Below are positions 1 to 10,694 of a stretch of DNA of 57,788 bases, piece by piece (position 1 is the first letter of the stretch; each line of letters starts with the position of its first letter). Position numbers and translations under genes: made by a program. Origin of the DNA: Sphingomonas sp. Lineage in GTDB: Bacteria; Pseudomonadota; Alphaproteobacteria; Sphingomonadales; Sphingomonadaceae. The stretch lies in assembly GCA_040508955.1 (NCBI GenBank), contig JBEVLV010000191.1, forward strand, positions 1 through 57,788, in the 5' to 3' direction. The notes beneath the pieces were generated by a model. That model searched no databases and was not told the origin of the DNA. It saw only the letters and a list, made by a program, of their open reading frames with translations.

Positions 1-372
1 CTGCGTGTGGATATCCAGAATCACGCGCTGATAGAGCTTGAGCAATACCGCGCATCGCTCCTCCGAATCCGCGAACTGGGTTAGCGGATAGCGCTCCGGC
101 CAGGCATCGCCGAGCACGCCGAGGAAGTCCGCGTGATAGCTTCGAGTCGAGTGCGCGCCGCGCCCCAGGTCGAGGCGTGCGACGGAGGATGCGACATGTT
201 CGGCGCAGGAGGCGGCACCCCAGCCGCTCATCGGCGCCATCACCGAATCCCCGACCGGGACGATCTTGTCGATCGTCAGCACGGGAGCATCGGTTCGAGG
301 ACGTTCCCCGTCCTGTGCCGATGGCGGCGATCCGCTCGCCAAGAGCAACATCGCCAACAGCTGCGCCATCAT
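1..372 (-). CDS. Partial ORF running off the left edge; N-terminus resembles a secreted SGNH/GDSL (rhamnogalacturonan acetylesterase-like) protein, possibly degenerate
   Basis: Own translation: MMAQLLAMLLLASG (signal-like)...KIVPVGDSVMAPMSGWGAASCAEHV...LGRGAHSTRSY. GDS block I and a G-R-G-x-x-S block II-like motif are present; no stop inside the window, so it is absent from the ORF track. Confidence 0.45.
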   Translation of the reverse strand, partial: MMAQLLAMLLLASGSPPSAQDGERPRTDAPVLTIDKIVPVGDSVMAPMSGWGAASCAEHVASSVARLDLGRGAHSTRSYHADFLGVLGDAWPERYPLTQFADSEERCAVLLKLYQRVILDIHTQ

Positions 373-623
373 CCTCGTGCCGTGCACGACCTGCCCCGAG
401 TCGATCGGTCTATCGCCGCACGGTGGTGGTGCCGTTCTATCCGTTGCGACCTGGACTTCGAAACCGACCCCTTGGATCGGCTGACGATATGGTCTGCTCA
501 TGTCGCTGGTCGGCGCCCCGGTCGCGTCCGGGTTTCATGGCGACTGCTGGACTGCAAACCGCCGATTGCGGCTGCGGCGTCGATGCCGACAGTCATCGCG
601 CAATGGACGACCTATCGATCGAA

Positions 624-636
624 AATCAATGACTTG
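624..636 (+). promoter_or_regulatory. IHF consensus binding site abutting the tRNA-Leu 3' end
   Basis: AATCAA-TGAC-TTG is an exact match to WATCAANNNNTTR. Confidence 0.5.
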
Positions 637-637
637 A

Positions 638-724
638 TGGTGCGGACGGCGGGACTCGAACCCGCACGCCCCGTGGGGCAGAAGATTTTAAGTCTCCGGC
701 GTCTACCGGTTCCGCCACGTCCGC
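638..724 (-). tRNA. tRNA-Leu (anticodon TAA)
   Basis: Reverse complement GCGGACG...GGAGA-CT-TAA-AA-TCTTC...long variable arm...GGTTCGAGTCC...CGTCCGCACCA; 87 nt with encoded CCA. Confidence 0.96.
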
Positions 725-780
725 ATCCGGGTCACGAAGACGATGCGGGCTGACCGGTCAAGCGCGCGTCGCTCGATCGT

Positions 781-1059
781 TCAGACGTTCAGACGTCCGC
801 GCATTTCCTTGCCCGGCTTGAAATAGGGTACGCGCTTCGCGTCGACATCGACGGTTTCGCCGGTGCGCGGGTTGCGGCCGGTGCGGGCATCGCGGGCTCG
901 GGTGGAGAAAGCGCCGAAGCCACGGAGCTCGACACGACCATCCTCGCTCAGCCGGGCCACGATTTCGTCGAAGAAGACCGATACGATCGTCTCGACTTCG
1001 CGGATCGACAGACCGGGATTGTCCTGCACCAGCAACTGTACCAGCTCCGATCGGATCAT
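781..1059 (-). CDS. ihfB: Integration host factor subunit beta
   Basis: MIRSEL...[12 protein letters not shown]...[10 protein letters not shown]...[10 protein letters not shown]; position downstream of rpsA; start moved to the second Met. Confidence 0.95.
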   Translation of the reverse strand: MIRSELVQLLVQDNPGLSIREVETIVSVFFDEIVARLSEDGRVELRGFGAFSTRARDARTGRNPRTGETVDVDAKRVPYFKPGKEMRGRLNV

Positions 1060-1194
1060 CCACACCCTCCCCATGACACGCAGCAGGCGCTCACCCCCGT
1101 GACCGTCCCTGCAGAAGGACCCTTAGCGCCCTTCTGTAACATGCATCAACCCGAACATTTACGGAATTCTGCAAATAATTCAACTCGTCGGCAT

Positions 1195-1218
1195 GGGGAG
1201 CGGCCGAAACCGCCCCCC
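1195..1218 (-). terminator. GC-rich hairpin after rpsA
   Basis: Minus strand GGGGGGCGG-TTTCGG-CCGCTCCCC just past the rpsA stop; no U-tract. Confidence 0.4.
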
Positions 1219-1227
1219 AAATTCCGA

Positions 1228-2952
<1,725 letters not shown>

Positions 2953-3227
2953 AAGAGGTTTCGTTCCTAGTTCACGTTTTTCCGGCCAATCGGTTGGATC
3001 CGACGGTCTTGGAGGCCAGAATTACCGCGATGGCCGAATGCCGGTCGCGGCGTCCCTTGCGCGAATGCAGTGAAGAATTCACATCGTCAGAATGCGAAAG
3101 GGCGCGTGTGAGACTTCTCTCTCCGCGCCTTCCTTCACGAGCACAGGCCCGCCGGACGGCGCGCCCTTAACGTAAACCGGGCCAAACCACAAGGTGCGGC
3201 GATAGCCGGTGGTGTCGCAACAGTGCT

Positions 3228-4133
3228 TCATGCGAGCGTCGAGCGCTCGCGAAGCCTGGGCGCGGCGAAATCGAGGAAGCGCCGCATCTTGAGCGGCAAC
3301 TGGCCGCGGCTGGCGTGGATCAGGTTGATCGGCGAGGGGTCGATCTCGTAGTCGGCCAGGACGATCCGCAGTGCGCCGGCCGCGACCGTATCGGCGACCT
3401 GATAATGGAAGAGTCGGGTCAGGCCCACGCCCATCGCCGCGGCTTGCGCCGCCGCCTCCGCGGTCGATACGCGCAGGCGCGGTCGGATCGGCACCTCCAC
3501 CACCGCCTTGGTGTCGGGCTCGCGCATCTGCCACGCGCTGGCGGACAGGAAGGTGTCGATGCTCACGATGGGGAAGCGGGCGATGTCTCGCGGGGCAATC
3601 GGCATGCCATGGCGTGCGAACAGGCTCGGCGCGCCGCAGACGACGGTGCGCATCTCGCCGATCCGCGTCGCGACCATCGCGCTGTCGGGCAGGGTGCCGA
3701 TGCGCACCGCCATGTCGACATGATCATCGACGAGATCGACGTTGCGATCCAGCAGCACGAGGCGGACGTTGATCTCCGGAAAACCGGCGAGGAAATCCGC
3801 GACCACGGGCAGCACGTGCAGCCGCCCGAACAGGATCGGCGCGGTGAGGACGAGCTCGCCCTTGGGCGTGGTGAATTCGCCGGCAGCCTCGCGTTCGGCA
3901 TCGTCGAGCTGCTCCAGGATGCGCCGCGCGGCGGCGACATAGGCGATGCCGGCATCGGTAAGGGTCAGCTTGCGGGTGGTGCGGATCAACAGGCGGCTAC
4001 CGAGCAGCGCTTCGAGGTCGCTCAGCTTGCGGCTGAGCGTCGGTACCGGAACCTGCAAAGTGCGGCCGGCCGCCGAGAGGCTGCCCTTCTCGACCACCAT
4101 GAGCAGCATCGACATCGCTTCGAACCGATCCAT
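3228..4133 (-). CDS. LysR-family transcriptional regulator (CrgA/DmlR-like)
   Basis: MDRFEAM...GSLSAAGR...LEALLGSRLLIRTTRKLTLTDAG; C-terminal PLKMRRFLDF; divergent from the AhpD-like gene. Confidence 0.93.
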   Translation of the reverse strand: MDRFEAMSMLLMVVEKGSLSAAGRTLQVPVPTLSRKLSDLEALLGSRLLIRTTRKLTLTDAGIAYVAAARRILEQLDDAEREAAGEFTTPKGELVLTAPILFGRLHVLPVVADFLAGFPEINVRLVLLDRNVDLVDDHVDMAVRIGTLPDSAMVATRIGEMRTVVCGAPSLFARHGMPIAPRDIARFPIVSIDTFLSASAWQMREPDTKAVVEVPIRPRLRVSTAEAAAQAAAMGVGLTRLFHYQVADTVAAGALRIVLADYEIDPSPINLIHASRGQLPLKMRRFLDFAAPRLRERSTLA

Positions 4134-4137
4134 GGGT

Positions 4138-4168
4138 CTTTCCATAATTCGGAAAGATAATTTCCGAA
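4138..4168. promoter_or_regulatory. LysR-type operator (overlapping inverted repeats)
   Basis: CTTTCC-N7-GGAAAG (4138-4156, contains T-N11-A) overlaps TTCGGAAA-N5-TTTCCGAA (4148-4168) in the divergent intergenic region. Confidence 0.6.
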
Positions 4169-4253
4169 AGCAATGGATTATCTCGAAACGCGGAAGATGC
4201 CAATTCCTGTGTCGGCGCCCCGGACGGGTCGCGCAGCATAAAGGAACCGCTCA

Positions 4254-4796
4254 ATGTCCCGCATCGCTACTCCCGCGCTAGACGACGTCCCCGACGCCTC
4301 GAAGCCGATCCTCGAAGCCGTGCACCAGCAGCTCGGCGTGGTGCCGAACCTGTTCCGGCTGATCGCCAGCAGCCCGGCGGCGCTGAGCGGCTATATGGGC
4401 CTGTCCGGCGCGCTGAAGAAGGCGCTCGACGTCAAGACCCGCGAGCGGATCGCGCTGGCGGTCGCGCAGGTCGACGGCTGCGATTATTGCCTGTCGGCGC
4501 ACACCTATCTCGGCCTGAACCTGGCGAAGATCAGTCCGGAGGAGATCGCGCTGAATCGCAAGGGCGGCTCGTCCGATCCCAAGGCCGATGCCGCGGTCCG
4601 GTTCGCGGCGAAGGTGGCGCGGGAGCGCGGCCATGTCAGCGACGGCGACGTCGCGGCGGTCAAGCTTGCCGGGTACAGCGATGCGCAGATCGTCGAGATC
4701 GTGGCGATCGTTGCCGAGAATGTCTTCACCAATTTCCTCAACGAGGTCGCCGGAACCGAGATAGACTTCCCGCTGGTGCGCAGCGCCGCGGCGTGA
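4254..4796 (+). CDS. Carboxymuconolactone decarboxylase / AhpD-like peroxidase-related protein
   Basis: LGVVPNLFR; RERIALAVAQVDGCDYCLSAH (CxYCxxxH motif); RBS AAGGA. Confidence 0.9.
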   Translation: MSRIATPALDDVPDASKPILEAVHQQLGVVPNLFRLIASSPAALSGYMGLSGALKKALDVKTRERIALAVAQVDGCDYCLSAHTYLGLNLAKISPEEIALNRKGGSSDPKADAAVRFAAKVARERGHVSDGDVAAVKLAGYSDAQIVEIVAIVAENVFTNFLNEVAGTEIDFPLVRSAAA

Positions 4797-4855
4797 CGCC
4801 GGGCGGGCAGGGGCTTCCTCCAGTCCCGGCCCGTCCCTCTTTCCGGAGATCGATC

Positions 4856-5482
4856 ATGTCCTACGGATTTCTCGATATCGCCGTCACGCCCAGCGTGCTC
4901 GCTGCCCAGAAGGCGATGGGAACGGACGGGTTATGGGCCGATTTCAAGGGGCATCGCGAATTCGATCGCTTTACCGACAACGAAGCCGCCTTCATCGGCG
5001 ATCGGGACAGTTTCTACATGGCTACCGTATCGGAAACCGGCTGGCCTTACGTCCAGCATCGCGGCGGGCCGCGCGGCTTTCTGAAGCTGGTCGACGAGCG
5101 CACGCTCGCTTTCGCCGATTATCGCGGTAATCGCCAATATATCAGCCTGGGCAATCTCGCTGCGGATGATCGGGTCTCGCTGATCCTGATGGACTATCCC
5201 CGTCGTGCGCGGCTCAAGATCTTCGCACATGTCGAGGTGGTGGCGCCCGATGCCGATCCGGAGCTGGCCGCTTTGGTTGAAGACATGGCGTACAAGGCGA
5301 AGATCGAACGGATTTTCCGGTTGCGGCTGGAGACGTTCGACTGGAACTGTCCGCAGCACATCACACCGCGCTTTACCGAAGCCGAGATCGCGGAAGCGGT
5401 CCGGCCGCTACGGGAACGCGTTGCCCTGCTAGAAGCCGAGAATATCGAACTGCGCGCCCGCATCGCGACCACAGGAGACTGA
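4856..5482 (+). CDS. Pyridoxamine 5'-phosphate oxidase-like FMN-binding protein
   Basis: [26 protein letters not shown]...[11 protein letters not shown]...[12 protein letters not shown]; start at MSYGF after GGAG. Confidence 0.88.
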   Translation: MSYGFLDIAVTPSVLAAQKAMGTDGLWADFKGHREFDRFTDNEAAFIGDRDSFYMATVSETGWPYVQHRGGPRGFLKLVDERTLAFADYRGNRQYISLGNLAADDRVSLILMDYPRRARLKIFAHVEVVAPDADPELAALVEDMAYKAKIERIFRLRLETFDWNCPQHITPRFTEAEIAEAVRPLRERVALLEAENIELRARIATTGD

Positions 5483-5484
5483 CG

Positions 5485-5955
5485 ATGGAAACGCAAAGAC
5501 CGCCCCTGCCGCCCTTCACCGAAGAAAGCGCCCGCGAAAAGGTCCGACTAGCCGAGGACGGGTGGAACAGCCGCGATCCGGCGCGGGTGGCGCTGGCCTA
5601 TACGCCGGATTGCCGATGGCGGAACCGGGCCGAATTCATCCAGGGCAGGGAGGCGATCGTCGCGCTCCTCACCCGCAAATGGACGCGCGAGCTCGACTAT
5701 CGCCTGATCAAGGAGCTCTGGGCGTTCCGCGGCGATCGGATCGCGGTGCGCTTCGCCTATGAATGGCACGACGACAGCGGCCAGTGGTTCCGCTCCTACG
5801 GCAACGAGAATTGGGAGTTCGATGCCGACGGCCTGATGCGGTTGCGCATCGCCAGCATCAACGACGCGCCGATCGCAGAGGCGGACCGCCGTTATCGCTG
5901 GCCCCTCGGGCGCCGACCCGACGACCATCCCGGATTGAGCGAGCTCGGCTTCTAG
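5485..5955 (+). CDS. DUF1348 / NTF2-like (SnoaL-like) protein
   Basis: RPPLPPFT...[10 protein letters not shown]...WRNRAEF...[11 protein letters not shown]...[12 protein letters not shown]...RPDDHPGL. Confidence 0.9.
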   Translation: METQRPPLPPFTEESAREKVRLAEDGWNSRDPARVALAYTPDCRWRNRAEFIQGREAIVALLTRKWTRELDYRLIKELWAFRGDRIAVRFAYEWHDDSGQWFRSYGNENWEFDADGLMRLRIASINDAPIAEADRRYRWPLGRRPDDHPGLSELGF

Positions 5956-6027
5956 CCGGCGCCGACTCCACCACCCGCTGCCCCCACAAGCTGGACGATG
6001 CCTCGTCCGGCAATGAAGGACTATGCC

Positions 6028-6879
6028 ATGCGTACCCGCTACCGCACTGTCGATGTCGACGGCCTCGAGATTTTCTATCGCGAGGCCGGCGACCCGGCCA
6101 AGCCGACGATCCTGCTCCTCCACGGCTTCCCGAGCTCGAGCCATATGTTCCGCGACTTGATCCCGCTGCTGGCCGATCGCTTTCACCTGGTCGCGCCAGA
6201 TCTTCCGGGCTTCGGCCAGACGGAGCTGCGTCCGCGCGGCGAATTCACCTATAGTTTCGACAATATCGCCAAGATGATCGGCCGCTTCACCGAGGTCGTC
6301 GGGTTGGAGCGCTATGCGATCTATGTCTTCGACTATGGCGCACCGACCGGTTTCCGGTTGGCACTGGCGCATCCCGAGCGGATCACCGCAATCATCTCGC
6401 AGAACGGCAACGCCTATGCAGAAGGACTGAGCGACGGCTGGAACCCCATCCAGCGCTACTGGAGCGAGCCGAACGAGGCCAATCGCAGGGTGCTGCGCGA
6501 GATGCTGACGGCGGACGCGATCCGCTGGCAATATGCGCACGGCGTCGTCGATGCGTCGGCGATCTCGCCGGATGGAATCGCACTCGACGTACATTACACG
6601 CAGCGCCCCGGGGTGGACGAGATCCAGCTCGACCTGTTCCTCGACTATGCGAGCAACGTCGCGCTCTATCCCGCCTTCCAGGCGTATTTCCGTGCGTACC
6701 AGCCACCGCTGCTGGCGATATGGGGCAAGAACGATCCGTTCTTCCTGCCGCCCGGCGCGGAAGCCTATCGGCGGGATCTGCCGGAGGCGGAGGTCCGCTT
6801 CCTGGATACCGGCCATTTCGCGCTCGAGACGCACGCGCCCGAGATTGCCGAAGTCATTGCGGCCTTCCTGACCCGCTGA
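6028..6879 (+). CDS. Alpha/beta-fold hydrolase
   Basis: LLLHGFPSSSHMFR, APDLPGFG, YVFDYGAP (Asp nucleophile), DTGHFALETH. Confidence 0.9.
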   Translation: MRTRYRTVDVDGLEIFYREAGDPAKPTILLLHGFPSSSHMFRDLIPLLADRFHLVAPDLPGFGQTELRPRGEFTYSFDNIAKMIGRFTEVVGLERYAIYVFDYGAPTGFRLALAHPERITAIISQNGNAYAEGLSDGWNPIQRYWSEPNEANRRVLREMLTADAIRWQYAHGVVDASAISPDGIALDVHYTQRPGVDEIQLDLFLDYASNVALYPAFQAYFRAYQPPLLAIWGKNDPFFLPPGAEAYRRDLPEAEVRFLDTGHFALETHAPEIAEVIAAFLTR

Positions 6880-6895
6880 CGGGAGAGCCCGGAAT

Positions 6896-7537
6896 TCAGG
6901 CCGTGGCGTTCGCGGCCTTGCTCCGGACGGCCTCGACCAGCGCGATCGCGCGCTGCACGGCGGCATCGATCGAGAGGAAGCTGGTGTCGAGCGTCGCCGC
7001 GTCCGGTGCCTGGGTCATGGGCGCCTCGCTGCGCTTGGAATCGCGCTCGTCGCGGGCACGGATGTCGGACAGCACCTTGTCCAGGCTGGTATTGATGCCG
7101 TTCTTGCGCAGCTCGAGATGGCGGCGCTGGGCGCGGATCATCGGCGTCGCCTTGACGAACAGCTTCACGTCCGCGTCGGGCGCGATCACGGTACCGATGT
7201 CGCGCCCGTCGAGTACCGCGCCGCCGGACTGGTGCGCGAACTTCTTCTGGCGATGGAGCAGGGCGGCGCGGACCAGCGGATGCGCAGAGACGACGGAGGC
7301 GGTCTTGCCCACCTCGTCGGTGCGCAGCCAGGGGTCGTCGAGCAACCGATCGTCGAAATCGCAGGCGGAAACCGCATCGGCTTCCTTCTCGGGGTCCTGC
7401 CCCTCGCGCAGCACGGTGGCGGCGACCGCGCGATAGAGCAGGCCGGTGTCGAGATGCGGAAGCCCGTAGTGCCTGGCGAGCGCACGGGCGATCGTGCCCT
7501 TGCCCGACGCGGCGGGGCCGTCGACGGCGATGATCAT
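6896..7537 (-). CDS. cmk: Cytidylate kinase
   Basis: IIAVDGPAASGKGT P-loop, LDTGLLYR, LDGRDIGTV; aroA-cmk synteny. Confidence 0.96.
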   Translation of the reverse strand: MIIAVDGPAASGKGTIARALARHYGLPHLDTGLLYRAVAATVLREGQDPEKEADAVSACDFDDRLLDDPWLRTDEVGKTASVVSAHPLVRAALLHRQKKFAHQSGGAVLDGRDIGTVIAPDADVKLFVKATPMIRAQRRHLELRKNGINTSLDKVLSDIRARDERDSKRSEAPMTQAPDAATLDTSFLSIDAAVQRAIALVEAVRSKAANATA

Positions 7538-7782
7538 GCGGGCTTCCGGCGCAGGCGGAACAGGCCGAGAAGCGAAACGGCGATCCAGAATATCTGCAGC
7601 GAAAGCGACGGCACGTTGACCTCGATCGAAAGCGAAATTGCCAGCAGCACTGATCCGGCAATGTTAAGAGAAAAATACAGTCGGTTGGGGCGAACCGGTC
7701 GATAGCTGAGATAAAGATACGCTCCGGCGATCACGAAGATTCCCGCAAAGCCGGCGATATTGGCGATGAGCGCGGCGGACAC
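7534..7782 (-). CDS. Small membrane protein (CBU_0592-like)
   Basis: Three hydrophobic segments, Y..LN..GS.LL..SL...N..S...Q.FW pattern; 4-bp overlap with cmk. Confidence 0.7.
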   Translation of the reverse strand: MSAALIANIAGFAGIFVIAGAYLYLSYRPVRPNRLYFSLNIAGSVLLAISLSIEVNVPSLSLQIFWIAVSLLGLFRLRRKPA

Positions 7783-7787
7783 CGGGC

Positions 7788-9113
7788 TCAGCCCCGCAGC
7801 GCGTCGAGCGTGGCGAAGAAATCGGGATAGCTGGTCGCCACCGGCGCGACATCGTCGATCGTGACGGTGCCGGCAGAGACGAGCCCGGCCACGGTCATGC
7901 TCATCGCGATGCGGTGATCGAGCAGCGATTCGATTGCGCCATCGCCGCGCAGCATCTCGCCGCCCGAGCCGTGGATCGCCAGGCCGTCCTCGAACTCCTC
8001 GGTGGCGACGCCGATCGCTTCGAGCGCGGCACGCATCGCGGCGATGCGATCCGATTCCTTGACGCGCAGCTCGTGCGCGCCGCGCGCCACGGTACGGCCC
8101 TCGGCGAGAGCGGCGGCGACGAACAGGATCGGATATTCATCGATCATGCTCGGTGCGAGCTCGGCGGGTACCTCGATCGCCTTCAAGGGCGCTTGGCGGA
8201 CGATCAGGTCGGCTACCGGCTCGCCGCCGACGATGCGCGGCTGCGCTTCGGATATGTCGGCACCCATCATGCGCAGCGCTTGGATCAGGCCGGTGCGCGT
8301 CGGGTTCATGCAGACATTGGCGATCGTGATCTCCGATCCCGGCACGATCGAGGCGGCAACCATCCAGAAGCCGGCGGACGAGGGATCGCCGGGCACGACG
8401 ATGTGCTGCGGCCTGAGCTCGGCCTCGCCTCGGATCGAGATGATCTTGCCGTTCGGGCCGTCCTCCACGGCCAGCTCGGCGCCGAAGCCGCGGAGCATCC
8501 GCTCGCTATGGTCGCGGGTCGGCACCGGTTCGATCACGCGGGTGATGCCCGGCGTGTTGAGGCCGGCGAGCAGCACCGCCGACTTCACCTGGGCGGAGGC
8601 GACCGGCAGCGTGTATTCGATCGGGATGGCCGGGCTCAGGCCGCGCAGCATCAGCGGCAGCCTGCCCCCGGGGCTGGCGGTAAAGTCCGCGCCCATCCTC
8701 GACAGCGGCTCGATCACCCGACCCATCGGCCGACCGGAGAGCGAGGCGTCGCCGATAAAGGTCGCGGTGATCGGGTGGCTGGCGACCAGGCCCATCAGCA
8801 GGCGAGTCGAGGTGCCCGAATTGCCCATGTCGAGCGCCTGGGCCGGCTGGAGCAGCCCGCCGACGCCGACGCCGTGGACGCGCCACACGCCATTCGCGCC
8901 GCGCTCCACGTCCGCTCCCATGGCCCGCATCGCGGCGGCGGTGGCGAGCACGTCCTCGCCTTCGAGCAGCCCTTCGATTCGGCTTTCGCCCACCGCGAGC
9001 GCCGAGAACATCAGCGCACGATGACTGATCGACTTGTCCCCGGGCACGGTGACGGTCCCGCGCAGGGGACCGCGGGCGGAGAGGGCGAGGGGGCGGGGAG
9101 CAGCGTGCGACAT
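7788..9113 (-). CDS. aroA: 3-phosphoshikimate 1-carboxyvinyltransferase (EPSP synthase, class II)
   Basis: PGDKSISHR, GNSGTSTRL, ASAQVKSA, RDHSERML, NPTRTG, ELRVKESDR, DHRIAMS; start moved to MSHAA. Confidence 0.97.
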   Translation of the reverse strand: MSHAAPRPLALSARGPLRGTVTVPGDKSISHRALMFSALAVGESRIEGLLEGEDVLATAAAMRAMGADVERGANGVWRVHGVGVGGLLQPAQALDMGNSGTSTRLLMGLVASHPITATFIGDASLSGRPMGRVIEPLSRMGADFTASPGGRLPLMLRGLSPAIPIEYTLPVASAQVKSAVLLAGLNTPGITRVIEPVPTRDHSERMLRGFGAELAVEDGPNGKIISIRGEAELRPQHIVVPGDPSSAGFWMVAASIVPGSEITIANVCMNPTRTGLIQALRMMGADISEAQPRIVGGEPVADLIVRQAPLKAIEVPAELAPSMIDEYPILFVAAALAEGRTVARGAHELRVKESDRIAAMRAALEAIGVATEEFEDGLAIHGSGGEMLRGDGAIESLLDHRIAMSMTVAGLVSAGTVTIDDVAPVATSYPDFFATLDALRG

Positions 9114-9214
9114 TGCGCGCGGCTTTGACAGCCGCCTTGCGCCATGGCAAGGCGCGCCCCACTTTGGCGGGTCACACCCGAAATCAAGATATTTTGAAAG
9201 GCAAGAGGCAACAC

Positions 9215-9538
9215 ATGGTGAAGCCGGAATGGGGCACCAAGCGCGCATGCCCGAAATGCGGGACGCGCTTCTACGATCTGACCAAGGACGAGCCCGTCGT
9301 CTGCATCAACTGCTCCTTCTCCTGGGAGCCGGAGCCGATCCTGAAGTCGAAGCAGCCGCTTCCCTTCGAGGTGGCCAAGCCGGACAAGGTCAAGCCCGAG
9401 AGCGAGGATTCGGATCTGGGCGATGAGGATCTGGACATCGGCGCCGACGACGAAGAGCCGTCGCCGGACGATGACGTCGATCTCGGCGGCGACGACGATC
9501 TGGGCGTCGAGACCGGCGGCGACGACGACGAGCAGTAA
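9215..9538 (+). CDS. TIGR02300 family (FYDLN acid domain) protein
   Basis: MVKPEWGTKRACPKCGTRFYDL...C..C followed by an Asp/Glu-rich tail; conserved position between aroA and tRNA-Ala. Confidence 0.92.
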   Translation: MVKPEWGTKRACPKCGTRFYDLTKDEPVVCINCSFSWEPEPILKSKQPLPFEVAKPDKVKPESEDSDLGDEDLDIGADDEEPSPDDDVDLGGDDDLGVETGGDDDEQ

Positions 9539-9623
9539 AAAATAACTGGATTGGCGAGGACGTGAAAAACCGTCCTTGCCAAACCCGCAAGGCCCTTCTA
9601 ATGGGCCTGCCTCCCGAGGGAAT

Positions 9624-9699
9624 GGGGCCGTAGCTCAGCTGGGAGAGCGCTGCAATGGCATTGCAGAGGTCAGGGGTTCGATCCCCCTCGGCTCCACCA
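9624..9699 (+). tRNA. tRNA-Ala (anticodon GGC)
   Basis: GGGGCCG TAGCTCAGCTGGGAGAGC CTGCA-ATGGCAT-TGCAG...GGTTCGATCC...CGGCTCCACCA; 76 nt; G3-U70 pair. Confidence 0.97.
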
Positions 9700-9720
9700 T
9701 TCCTTCACAAAGTCCCCTGA

Positions 9721-9739
9721 TTTCCGCAACTGGCGGAAA
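9721..9739 (+). terminator. Hairpin downstream of tRNA-Ala
   Basis: TTTCCGC-AACTG-GCGGAAA perfect 7-bp stem; no following U-tract. Confidence 0.35.
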
Positions 9740-10136
9740 CACGCGACTCAGATCTCCCCTCATTGCTTCACCGGCTGCCTTACGCACGGGTCTTGGAAGA
9801 CGTGAAGAACGCGGCGCATTGGTGCGCCAGGGAGCTTCATATTATTGTCGAATGCGACCTCCCGCTCTCCTCATGAAGGATGGGATGCCGGCGGAGAAGT
9901 CAGGTTCTCAGCACTGCGGAGCGTAAGGCCGTGCCTGAGCGCCTGCCGGGCGCCCGCGTGGAAATCTTGGCGTTCTTCCAGGGCGAAGTTTCGCGCCCGG
10001 CGCTGGGCGCGGCGATCCATGGGAAGACGACCCGCTGCGCCGAATGCACGATGCGCGCGACGCCGGCCTCGATTGCCCAGGGCTCCCGATCTGTCCTCGG
10101 CCGCGCCGGCTTATCGAGGGACGCTCTCCGCCACAG

Positions 10137-10154
10137 GTGCAATCGAAATGTCAT
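10137..10154 (+). promoter_or_regulatory. Pho-box-like element upstream of ECF sigma 1
   Basis: GTGCAAT-CGAA-ATGTCAT, two 7-mers at 11-bp period resembling CTGTCAT; TA-starting hexamer 10 nt downstream. Confidence 0.5.
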
Positions 10155-10178
10155 CGGCCAAGAATATGGGGCTTGGCG

Positions 10179-10694
10179 ATGCCTTTGTCCGCGACAGCCT
10201 TGAAAGCCCAACGTGCTGATTTGCTGCGCTATATCGGTCGCCGTGTTGGCGACTCGATGCTCAGCGAAGACATAGTTCAGGAGGCCTATCTGCGCCTGCT
10301 GGCCTATGAGGCGAAGCCCGACAATGCCATCAACAATGTGACGGCATTCCTTCGCCGTGTCTCGCTCAACCTCGCGCGCGATCATTTCCGGCAAGCGGGC
10401 CGGCAGACCAACGTCGAAATTTCCGAAGACATTCCCTGTCCGCAACCGACTGCCGATTTGCAGTTGGAACGGCGCCAGCTGATCGGGCTGGTCGTTGAGA
10501 TCCTCAAGGCGATGCCGCCGTTGCGTCGCGACGTTTTCATTCGGCGCCGCGTGCATGGCCAATCGGCTGGTGACGTAGCCGCGGCTCTGGGGCTTTCACC
10601 GAGCGCCGTGAGCAATCATGTTGCGCGGGCTTTGTATGATCTGGATATGGCGCTCGAGAAGATCGAGAGGCGAGGTGGTTCTGTCCGAGACTGA
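10179..10694 (+). CDS. FecI-like ECF RNA polymerase sigma factor (1)
   Basis: SEDIVQEAYLRL (region 2), NLARDHFR, MPPLRRDVFIRRRVHGQS...VAAALGLSPSAVSNHVARAL (region 4); precedes fecR-like gene. Confidence 0.9.
   Translation: MPLSATALKAQRADLLRYIGRRVGDSMLSEDIVQEAYLRLLAYEAKPDNAINNVTAFLRRVSLNLARDHFRQAGRQTNVEISEDIPCPQPTADLQLERRQLIGLVVEILKAMPPLRRDVFIRRRVHGQSAGDVAAALGLSPSAVSNHVARALYDLDMALEKIERRGGSVRD

Noticed and set aside
133-753. Plus-strand ORFs of 206 and 151 aa
   Set aside because: No recognisable motifs; they lie antisense to the minus-strand ORF, and the longer one runs through tRNA-Leu.
9707-9723. IHF-like sequence after tRNA-Ala
   Set aside because: Spacer is one base too long for WATCARNNNNTTR; not convincing.
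9576-10219. Short ORFs after tRNA-Ala as a possible integrase remnant
   Set aside because: No R-H-R-Y or serine-recombinase motif recognised; one ORF overlaps the tRNA.
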